Origin: Macrostomum hystrix
Lineage: Eukaryota; Animalia; Platyhelminthes
Reading direction: 5' to 3'
Length of the DNA stretch: 64,000 nucleotides
NCBI GenBank assembly: GCA_950097015.1
Contig: CATNEN010000026.1
Coordinates: forward strand, 1,550,001-1,614,000
Each line of letters begins with the position of its first letter. Positions within the stretch are counted from its first letter, which is position 1. Below are positions 12,501 through 23,500 of this stretch, piece after piece. The position numbers and the translations under genes were made by a program. The notes below the pieces were generated by a model. That model was not told the origin of the DNA. It ran no database searches and worked only from the letters and a program-made list of their open reading frames with translations.

Positions 12501-14983
12501 AGTCGGCGCCATTTCTAGGCCAACAGACTGGACTATTTGTAGGCCAATAGACTGGACTATTTGTAGGCCAATAGACTGGACTATTTCTAGGCCAATAGAC
12601 TGGACTATTTCTAGGCCAATAGACTAGACTATTTCTATGCCAATAGACTGGACTATTTCTAGGCCAATAGACTGGACTATTTCTAGGCCAATAGACTGGA
12701 CTATTTCTAGGCCAATAGACTGGACTATTTGTAGGCCAATAGACTGGACTATTTGTAGATCAATAGACTGGACTATTTCTAGGCCAATAGACTGGACTAT
12801 TTGTAGATCAATAGACTGGACTATTTGTAGATCAATAGACTGGACTATTTGTAGGCCAATAGACTGGACTATTTGTAGATCAATAGACTGGACTATTTCT
12901 AGGCCAATAGACTGGACTATTTGTAGGCCAATAGACTGGACTATTTGTAGATCAATAGACTGGACTCTTTGTAGGCCAATAGACTGGACTATTTGTAGGC
13001 CAATAGACTGGACTATTTGTAGACCAATAGACTGGACTATTTGTAGACCAATAGACTGGACTATTTGTAGGCCAATAGACTGGACTATTTGTAGGCCAAT
13101 AGACTGGACTATTTCTAGGCCAATAGACTGGACTATTTGTAGGTCAATAGACTGGACTATTTGTAGGCCAATAGACTGGACTATTTGTAGATCAATAGAC
13201 TGGACTATTTCTAGGCCAATAGACTGGACTATTTGTAGATCAATAGACTGGACTATTTCTAGGCCAATAGACTGGACTATTTCTAGGCCAATAGACTGGA
13301 CTATTTCTAGGCCAATAGACTGGACTATTTCTAGGCCAATAGACTGGACTATATCTAGGCCAATAGACTGGACTATTTCTAGGCCAATAGACTGGACTAT
13401 TTCTAGGCCAATAGACTGGACTATTTGTAGGCCAATAGACTGGACTATTTGTAGGCCAATAGACTGGACTATATCTAGGCCAATAGACTGGACTATTTCT
13501 AGGCCAATAGACTGGACTATTTCTAGGCCAATAGACTGGACTATTTGTAGGCCAATAGACTGGACTATTTGTAGGCCAATAGACTGGACTATTTGTAGAT
13601 CAATAGACTGGACTATTTGTAGGCCAATAGACTGGACTATTTGTAGATCAATAGACTGGACTCTTTGTAGGCCAATAGACTGGACTATTTGTAGGCCAAT
13701 AGACTGGACTATTTGTAGATCAATAGACTGGACTATTTGTAGACCAATAGACTGGACTATTTGTAGATCAATAGACTGGACTCTTTGTAGGCCAATAGAC
13801 TGGACTATTTGTAGGCCAATAGACTGGACTATTTGTAGATCAATAGACTGGACTATTTGTAGACCAATAGACTGGACTATTTGTAGATCAATAGACTGGA
13901 CTATTTGTAGGCCAATAGACTGGACTATTTGTAGGCCAATAGACTGGACTATTTCTAGGCCAATAGACTGGACTATTTGTAGATCAATAGACTGGACTAT
14001 TTCTAGGCCAATAGACTGGACTATTTGTAGATCAATAGACTGGACTATTTCTAGGCCAATAGACTGGACTATTTCTAGGCCAATAGACTGGACTATTTGT
14101 AGGCCAATAGACTGGACTATTTCTAGGCCAATAGACTGGACTATTTCTAGGCCAATAGACTGGACTATTTCTAGGCCAATAGACTGGACTATTTCTAGGC
14201 CAATAGACTGGACTATTTCTAGGCCAATAGACTGGACTATATCTAGGCCAATAGACTGGACTATTTCTAGGCCAATAGACTGGACTATTTCTAGGCCAAT
14301 AGACTGGACTATTTCTAGGCCAATAGACTGGACAAGTTGTGAACCATTTGAAGGCTGAACCAAAAGAAATATTAATTTGAAGGCCACTAAATGCGGTCAG
14401 TTGACGACCCAATTTTAGACGGATTGATGACTAGGACATGCTTATAGCTCACCTGAATCTTTCTAAGATAGGCGTGAAAGGGCAAATATTTGACTGGCGG
14501 ATCCAAGCTAGCCAGGTATTCAGCATCGTAGGGCTCCAACGGGGCGCAGTGCAGACAGCCGGCGCCGTCGGAGTGGCGACACATCTTCGGATCTCGCTTG
14601 CGCAATATGCGACCATCTTCGCTATCTAATTCAATATCTAGAGCGTCGTCTGCTAAGACTGAGGGGCGAGCTGCCGCTACTGTTAAAGAGGCTGCTGTAT
14701 TAGACATGCCGGCGCCATCCGAGTAAGACAAAGACTCGCCGACTGATTCGCTAGGGCGAACGAATAGAGAATCGCCGTGTTTTATACCGACGCTGGCAAC
14801 TGATTGGGTGCGACTGCGGGCTAGAGTCTGCTGGTGACCGTTCGGCTGGCGTCGATTCAATTGAAATGCCGTCTCGGGCAAGCCGAGCATTTCGGCAGCG
14901 CGAGTGTAAATTGAAGCCAGCTTGTCTGTCTCGCCTACCTCCAATCTTTGGGTGCCCTTTGGCGTACGCAGTGAAATGAGCAT
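9569..14983 (-). CDS. NPLOC4: Nuclear protein localization protein 4 (p97/Cdc48 cofactor) with C-terminal NZF zinc finger
   Basis: complement(join(14453..14983, 11938..12378, 10806..11161, 9569..10028)), ~595 aa, phases 0/0/2 with GT-AG junctions. Motifs: IKHGD, DGRILRKRDPKMCRH..CLHCAPLEPYD, YRHVD, FWRRTGHQRIGYLVGRY, AAIYEPPQ, VGWVFTDL, GSKFVT, SDFHLLL, WQCRHCTFHN..CEICGLP. All are collinear with human NPLOC4. Confidence 0.96.
10212..10712 (+). mobile_element. Dispersed repeat (probable non-autonomous DNA transposon) in NPL4 intron 3
   Basis: Reverse complement of ~16738..17170 over its whole length (e.g. aaattcgcgtcagggtgtccatag; gaaggcctggcaaggccgcactgaggcgcagtgctaattcgtgtataggggtgtatgaaatacactag; ttgtcagggggaaatccccc). 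Confidence 0.8.
11230..11830. repeat. Degenerate ~21-23-bp tandem repeat in NPL4 intron 2
   Basis: Recurring cgattgtactttt(a)gagtt / tactcttagggtt motifs. Confidence 0.75.
12421..12470 (-). mobile_element. SINE family A 3' fragment
   Basis: gtgtacagctgttcagtccatggactgggaagccacacc matches the family-A segment. Confidence 0.6.
12515..14335. repeat. 24-bp minisatellite (~75 copies) in NPL4 intron 1
   Basis: Unit gccaatagactggactattt(c/g)tag; explains the 587-aa and 573-aa track ORFs. Confidence 0.97.
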
Positions 14984-15049
14984 GATTGGCTGCAAAGTGG
15001 AATACAATGTTATTTGCAATTGAGCTAAACTAGTGTTCTTATAATGGAA

Positions 15050-15915
15050 ACTGAGGAGAGTGACAGTCTCTGCTAACTGAAGATCTGGGAGAGTGACAGA
15101 CTCTGCAAACTGAGGATCTGGGAGAGTGACAGACTCTGCTAACTGAAGATCTGGGAGAGTGACAGACTCTGCAAACTGAGGATCTGGGAGAGTGACAGAC
15201 TCTGCTAACTGAAGATCTGGGAGAGTGACAGACTCTGCTAACTGAAGATCTGGGAGAGTGACAGACTCTGCTAACTGAAGATCTGGGAGAGTGACAGACT
15301 CTGCTAACTGAAGATCTGGGAGAGTGACAGACTCTGCTAACTGAAGATCTGGGAGAGTGACAGACTCTGCTAACTGAAGATCTGGGAGAGTGACAGACTC
15401 TGCTAACTGAAGATCTGGGAGAGTGACAGACTCTGCAAACTGAGGATCTGGGAGAGTGACAGTCTCTGCTAACTGAAGATCTGGGAGAGTGACAGACTCT
15501 GCTAACTGAAGATCTGGGAGAGTGACAGACTCTGCTAACTGAAGATCTGGGAGAGTGACAGTCTCTGCAAACTGAAGATCTGGGAGAGTGACAGACTCTG
15601 CTAACTGAAGATCTGGGAGAGTGACAGACTCTGCAAACTGAGGATCTGGGAGAGTGACAGACTCTGCTAACTGAAGATCTGGGAGAGTGACAGACTCTGC
15701 TAACTGAAGATCTGGGAGTGTGACAGTCTCTGCAAACTGAGGATCTGGGAGTGTGACAGTCTCTGCAAACTGAAGATCTGGGAGAGTGACAGACTCTGCT
15801 AACTGAAGATCTGGGAGAGTGACAGACTCTGCAAACTGAGGATCTGGGAGAGTGACAGACTCTGCTAACTGAGGATCTGGGAGTGTGACAGTCTCTGCAA
15901 ACTGAGGATCTGGGA
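15050..15915. repeat. 33-bp minisatellite (~26 copies) upstream of the NPL4 first coding exon
   Basis: Unit actga(a/g)gatctgggagagtgacagactctgc(t/a)a. Confidence 0.97.
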
Positions 15916-16737
15916 GGGTGCGTGTAAGCAAATTGTTTAAAAAGCAAAATAGTATTTACATTTTGTTCACCAGTTTTCATGTAAATTTGCAAATTAAATT
16001 TCTTTATAAGATCTTTAATTTGCAAACGAAAGAGACAAGCAAGGGGTTTGTTGCATCTACGTGCTGAAGCAGCTCAAATGTGAATAAAATTAACCTACCG
16101 AGAAATTCTACTACAGATGCATCTGCACAGTTACAACATTACAAGCTTTTAGTTAAAGTAAAGGAACAGACAGTAACAAGAAAGATAGCAAAAAAACAAA
16201 ACATTTGAATGTAGGCACTAAGGGAGTCAGATGCGCGCGTGAACACGGAGTTGCTCAAATTTATAACAAATAAGAAATACTAGTAAAAAATCATTAAAAT
16301 AAATACCAGGTCTGTTTTGTAATAACACAGTCTCAACATGAAGCAAACGTGGTGAATAGCAATCCGTATCACTGAACCACAGCCACTATACCTATACCAG
16401 CTAGAACATTATTTCATAATAGAACCTTATTTGAAAGAGTAAATGTCTAACACGAACTTCACCAGTTGACATTGTAAAAAGCCATTTTTCCCCCCTGGGG
16501 AAAGACCGCAGAGGGATATTTCAAATATCCACTGACTGATTCACGATAGCTCTCAAACTGAATGACCGATTTTCGTGAAAGTCCACCATATTGATCAAAA
16601 TTTTACGCCTTTTTACGATGAACTAGCTTTCAGCACCGGCGAGATATTCAGCGATTCTAGTCGAAAACCGCTGGTGACAAGGACAAGTAACATTGTTCTG
16701 TATAAACCTCTATGGCCAATCCATATTGGTTAAAATT

Positions 16738-17322
16738 AAATTAACAGTAGAATTACCAAGGGGGATTTCCCCCCTGACAATTTTTTGCTGCACCCGAACG
16801 GAACAATGCAAGCACACGAAACTCAAGAACACGGGCCAACTTTTTGTTGCGCATCTTCTGAAACAAGAAACAAGTTGCCAGCTCTTCAGACCGTCGAGAT
16901 ATTCAATGTTTCTGGCCGAAGGTCCGATTTTCCCATAAGAGCTAGTGTATTTCATACACCCCTATACACGAATTAGCACTGCGCCTCAGTGCGGCCTTGC
17001 CAGGCCTTCAAAATTGATCAGCATGTCACCCGAATGTGCTTGCATCATCTCCGTCTTCGGTGGTCACCTACCTTTATCTAACAGGTGGAACTAAGCTACT
17101 ATGGACACCCTGACGCGAATTTCTCAAATTTCAATGCTCAAGCCAAAATATTAGGCGCAGCTCAACCACAGGACACCATCGCTTAGTCTGTCAACCAATC
17201 AGTCACTACCCGACGCTGTTAGCATTCGGGCGCTGCCAAAAAAGTTATTGTCAGGGGGGGGAAATCCCCCCCCTTGGTATAAAAACGGGCGGCAAAATGG
17301 CTTGGTAGTCCTACTGTTAACA
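16738..17322. mobile_element. Inverted-repeat-bounded element (MITE-like), same family as 10212..10712
   Basis: Left end ttaacagtag..accaagggggatttccccctgacaat is mirrored at the right by ttgtcaggggggggaaatcccccccttggta..ctactgttaa. The left ~430 bp match the NPL4 intron 3 copy. Related gagatattcaacgact sequence lies at 17340-17420 and 21380-21470. Confidence 0.6.
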
Positions 17323-17521
17323 ATATAAACTTTAGAATAATAGCCGACACCCCGAAGAGAGTCGTTGAATATTTCGACGACGCCGATGTTTTTGCGATTC
17401 TGTAAGTTGTTTAATCGAATAGAGCGGAAGTTAAAATACTTCAAATGGGTATTTGAGGTATTCTTTCTACTGCTAACTAGAAATTTTCTGTTACAAAATC
17501 AATCGCTTCAACTAATGCCAG

Positions 17522-20500
17522 CTAAACAATGCTTTCTTTGCGAAAGGCCTGCAGCGAGAACACCCGACGTCCTTGGACTCGGTGCATCAGGCGTTGATAA
17601 TAATCCTGCATAGCCGCATCCCATCTGCTCTTATTCTTGGAGTAAAGATTCAAGTAGATGCCGAGGACAACAACGAGGCCGCTCCATACATATCTGCGGT
17701 GGATAATTCGAATGGGATGAGACAATAAGCGAAGAAATCAATAGAAAACAATGTCCTATGTGCCTATTAATCGTCGACCTATAGTCATAGTTACAGATCA
17801 TGAGACGGAATTACTCCTACTCACTTACTCCTACTATTGAACTATACAATTTCAGAAAACTAACTAGAACCGGTTGTAAATAAGCTGAATTAATTAATTG
17901 ATTACACCTGCCCCAATCGGGCCAGATGTGCAGCTGACAGCACAGCCGCAGCTATTGCGCGGCGCATCTGAAGGCTGCGTACAGCTGTTCAGTCCATGGA
18001 CTGGGGGGACGCCACACCCACCTTCAATTATCCCAGCTGATGCTGGTGCCCATTTAACAGCTGGGTGAACTGAAGCAAAGCAGAGTTAAGTGTCTTGCTA
18101 AAGGACACAAATTGTTTCAGTGGAGTCGGGAATCGAACCCCCGACCTTCAAGTCGTTAGTCCGACGCCCTAACCACTAGGCTACAACCTCTTTAACTGCA
18201 GGATTATATAAGCTGAGAACCGGTTACTACTCTACCAGAACAGCTTAGAAGCAGTTAACAAAATGCACTCTCCCAGAGTCAGAAGAACAATTTTTAACTT
18301 TTCTTTCAATCTGTCGTATTTCTACAGCATTTAGTTGCAAAACACTCAGACGCTAGTATCAGGTTGTAAATTAGGGAAAACTGGGAAAATTGTAAACCCA
18401 ATCCCAAGAAATAGTAAAACTCAAACACTTTCAACCCGAAAACTCACTGCAATGTGAATGGTTTGGAGAAGAATAGAAACGACAGTACTATTGTGACGGC
18501 CTTTCTGCAGGTGGTAACTGAAAAGGGGGAAATATTGAAAACATAATATCATTCTAGTTATGTCTGAGGTTATTAAATCAGTTTAATTGATCATTTAAAG
18601 TCAGTTATTACCTGTGACAGCAGGCAGGGCTCCATAGGACTGGACAAGCAATAGAACAAATTGCATGCCAACATAGCCAGTTATCGACATAATAAAAGTG
18701 CAGCCGTAGATACGCCAAAAGTGCTGAAATTAAATAGGTCAGGCATGTGACAGCAGAATAGGATTTATATGAGCTAATGTAACACGAAAGGATCTAGTAT
18801 GTCAGGAATGGATCTAGTATGTCAGGAATGGATCTAGTATGTCAGGAATGGATCTAGTATGTCAGGAATGGATCTAGTATGTCAGGAATGGATCTAGTAT
18901 GTCAGGAATGGATCTAGTATGTCAGGAATGGATCTAGTATGCCATGAATGGATCTAGTATGTCAGGAATGGATCTAGTATGTCATGAATGGATCTAGTAT
19001 GTCAGGAATGGATCTATAATTATAGTATGTCAGGAATGGATCTAGTTATGTCAGGAATGGATCTAGTATGTCAGGAATGGATCTAGTATGTCAGGAATGG
19101 ATCTATAATTATAGTATGTCAGGAATGGATCTAGTTATGTCAGGAATGGATCTAGTATGTCAGGAATGGATCTAGTATGTCAGGAATGGATCTATAATTA
19201 TAGTATGTCAGGAATGGATCTAGTATGTCAGGAATGGATCTAGTATGTCAGGAATGGATCTAGTATGTCATGAATGGATCTAGTATGTCAGGAATGGATC
19301 TATAATTATAGTATGTCAGGAATGGATCTAGTATGTCAGGAATGGATCTAGTATGTCATGAATGGATCTAGTATGTCAGGAATGGATCTATAATTATAGT
19401 ATGTCAGGAATGGATCTAGTATGTCAGGAATGGATCTAGTATGTCATGAATGGATCTAGTATGTCAGGAATGGATCTAGTATGTCATGAATGGATCTAGT
19501 ATGTCATGAATGGATCTAGTATGTCAGGAATGGATCTATAATTATAGTATGTCAGGAATGGATCTAGTTATGTCAGGAATGGATCTAGTATGTCATGAAT
19601 GGATCTAGTATGTCAGGAATGGATCTAGTATGTCAGGAATGGATCTATAATTATAGTATGTCAGGAATGGATCTAGTTATGTCAGGAATGGATCTAGTAT
19701 GTCAGGAATGGATCTAGTATGTCATGAATGGATCTAGTATGTCAGGAATGGATCTATAATTATAGTATGTCAGGAATGGATCTAGTATGTCAGGAATGGA
19801 TCTAGTATGTCATGAATGGATCTAGTATGTCAGGAATGGATCTATAATTATAGTATGTCAGGAATGGATCTAGTATGTCAGGAATGGATCTAGTATGTCA
19901 TGAATGGATCTAGTATGTCAGGAATGGATCTAGTATGTCAGGAATGGATCTATAATTATAGTATGTCAGGAATGGATCTAGTATGTCAGGAATGGATCTA
20001 GTATGTCAGGAATGGATCTATAATTATAGTATGTCAGGAATGGATCTAGTATGCCATGAATGGATCTAGTATGTCAGGAATGGATCTAGTATGTCATGAA
20101 TGGATCTAGTATGTCAGGAATGGATCTAGTATGTCAGGAATGGATCTATAATTATAGTATGTCAGGAATGGATCTAGTATGTCAGGAATGGATCTAGTAT
20201 GTCAGGAATGGATCTAGTATGTCAGGAATGGATCTATAATTATAGTATGTCAGGAATGGATCTAGTATGCCATGAATGGATCTAGTATGTCAGGAATGGA
20301 TCTAGTATGTCATGAATGGATCTAGTATGTCAGGAATGGATCTAGTATGTCATGAATGGATCTAGTATGTCAGGAATGGATCTATAATTATAGTATGTCA
20401 GGAATGGATCTAGTATGTCAGGAATGGATCTAGTATGTCAGGAATGGATCTAGTATGCCATGAATGGATCTAGTATGTCAGGAATGGATCTAGTATGTCA

Positions 20501-23500
20501 TGAATGGATCTAGTATGTCATGAATGGATCTAGTATGTCAGGAATGGATCTATAATTATAGTATGTCAGGAATGGATCTAGTTATGTCAGGAATGGATCT
20601 AGTATGTCATGAATGGATCTAGTATGTCAGGAATGGATCTAGTATGTCATGAATGGACCTAGTATGCCAGGAATGGATCTAGTATGTCAGGAATGGATCT
20701 AGTATGTCATGAATGGATCTAGTATGTCAGGAATGGATCTATAATGACAGGAGTTTGTCATGTCTCGAAGCGATTTTGTATACGCACTATTTATTACCTC
20801 AATAATTCGCAAAATAAGTCAGGAGAAAATGACAAAAGGGTTTTCTTTCAGCGTAGGACATCCAGATTTTGCAAATGTTAAATTGATGGTAACCTTTCTA
20901 CCATCTGGCATGCTCACCTGATTGCCATAGACAAAGCCAGAGAATAACTTGTTACTCAACAATAGGCCAGGAATCAGATAGCCGAGGCCAACAAGAAATG
21001 TGTACAAAATCTGCAATCCAGGTATTACTGGCTGGTTAGCTAATACGGTCGGAATTTGAAGGCAAAAAGTGCATGTAAGTCATTCCGCAGCTCACCATTT
21101 CTGATGCCGTGTGATTGTAGGCTTTCATAGTGCGCTCCTGAACATTGCCGATTGCCCCATCGGCGCATAGAGCCATGCTCATTAAGAAGACGCCTAGATT
21201 GTAATATCGTTGAAATAAGCCAGTTAGTTATGTCACAGGAATATGAGTCTATATGAGTCTGCATCTTTTTATTAAAACGACCACGGGGGAATTTCAAACA
21301 CCGATTTTTTAGTTTTTTTCATATCTCCAAAAATATTTTTTAACACTTGTAATTGCCATAAAAATCGAGAACATGGACTGTAATGTTCCGCTCTATGAAG
21401 CAACTTCGAGAATCACAAAACATGGGCATCGTCGAGATATTCAACGACTTTCGTTGTGTTGTCTGTTGGCAAAAGCCACTAATATAGGCATAACTTTTCT
21501 GCTCACGAAATCTCATTATATAACAATGTCGGCAGTTTTTTGATGAGATATTTGTTGTCCTTGTCACCTTTGTCTATCATCTTGTCACCCGTGAAGGGAA
21601 GATTTCGAGCTAAATGCCAAATGAGGGCCGACTAGGGCTAGGCATGTCCAGTGCCGCTGGCCCTGGAATTGTCTGGAATTCCGACACTAAATCATGGACA
21701 GCTGTTTCCTTCTTTGATTTTTTGTAGGATGACGGCAAGTGTGAGTGCTAATTTAAGGACGAATGCGATTTGAAGTTTCGCCTTGCATTTAAAGGTAGCT
21801 TACAAGTGGATGTAGTCATACTTCAGCAACAGTTGGATTTTGGCTACTACGAGTACTTCAGCTAAGCTAATGCTAGTGATAATCGAGTACAGATTGTGAG
21901 TCATAATACGACTTCCTCGGGCCCGACTTTTTCTGATCCAGCCGAGGCCTTGGCAGGGCCAAACATAGGCTCAGTGAATACACTGCAGGATAATAAGCAA
22001 TGTGCACCTCTTCAGTTTATGCGTACGTATCCGTTATCCGTACGTATCCGTCGATATACGTAAACAAAAGAAGACGAAGATGGATGAGTATTTGTTTCAA
22101 AGCAAATGAGCTGTTCACAGTAGTTTTTTTTTAATCGCATAAGACTGAGTATAAAAGCGCAAAGAAAAATATATACCGAAGAAGAGAAGAAAGAACTAGA
22201 TTTAAAACAAATAAAGACAGCTGGACACTAGCATTGCATAAAGGAATCAATGTTAGCTTAGATATCAAAACACTCATAAGAATCTGACTGGAAAATGAAT
22301 ACTTTTTTGCAAGTCCATCACACGCACACTTAACTTAGCGTGTGTAGGGGAACTGGGGAACTAGTTACATCCGAGGATATGAGAGTGTTGCTGATTAAAG
22401 CTCTGGATTTGGGACTTTTGTTTGTTAAATACGAGGATCTGGGAGTGCTGTTACTACACTGTAAAAAATTCGGCTGCTTCTTCGGCGGTTTTTTTGTGCA
22501 AAATAGGAGTGGAATCTACCAAAATCCCCCCTATCTCGCAAGAGTTAAAGAAACCACCCAGGAAGCAGCCGATGTAACCGTAAATTGTGCGGAAACCGCC
22601 GAAGAATCACCCGAACCAGTGGCCCATGGAACAACCAGAGAATTATTTACGGGCGATTCCTCGGCGGTTTCTGAGCATGGAATCTTCCGAACTGGAGGAT
22701 TCTTTGGGTGATTCCATTTCGCCACCAAGAAGCACCGAGAAAACGCCCAGTTGGGTAGATTCTAAGCATGGAATCATCCGATTGGTATGTTTCCAGCGTT
22801 CGGCTGTTTATTTTTCTGGAAACACCGCAGATTCCAACTGGAATCACCCAAAGAAACATCCCTATTTTTAGCGGGTAATACCTGGTGATCTGGGAGCGTT
22901 GGTTGTTAAAGGATCTGGAAACGTACTAATACGTAGGTTACAAGAGAAGCAAGTTGTAGCTAGCTAGACTATAAATCTCGAAGGCAGACAGCCTAGTTAC
23001 AACAGAAGCATCATACAAGAACCGTATATTCGATAGAACCGGAGCATAACTTCTGAAGACAAAGAGTAAAATACGCATGAGAAAACGTTTTCTTTATTCT
23101 TCCAGTTAGTCACTCTAACAATCCGGCTCGAATATAATAACTTTCTAAAGGTCTTTGTTCGCTCTCAATCGCTGGCGTACTCTCTCTCAACTTCTCTTCG
23201 ATCCTGGGCGTACACAGCCCGGTCTATCCACCAGACTAGCGTTGGCTGCAGCTGAGCCGCCGTCAGTGGCTGGCAGCGTCCGCCATCTCTCTCTGAAGTC
23301 TCCAGCTGGTGCACAATGGAAGCCAGACGGCTATACAATTCGGCACCGACAGACAGGCTGGCGTCAAGATTAATAGTGAGTTCGGCAACTTCAACAGTTT
23401 GAACTGCGCCGTGCAGCAGCCGGTTAAATAGCGAATCGGCTTCGCTGCTGGATCGACGAGATTTATCAGCCGAGACGCGATCTGAGCGCAGCTGGCTTCT

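Noticed and set aside
12624-14412. 587-aa, 573-aa and 126-aa ORFs (IVQSIGLE / RPIDWTIS)
   Set aside because: Translations of a 24-bp intronic minisatellite inside NPL4 intron 1; they are open only because the unit lacks stops.
14990-16025. N-terminal TLPDLQLAESV repeats on the 514-aa NPL4 ORF, and the 328-aa overlapping ORF
   Set aside because: 33-bp array upstream of the ttgcag acceptor at 14990; Npl4 homology starts at MLISLRT.
18100-18191. tRNA gene
   Set aside because: A and B boxes are present but there is no full acceptor stem, and the sequence continues into a multicopy SINE body; likewise at 3.2, 27.0, 27.8 and 36.5 kb.
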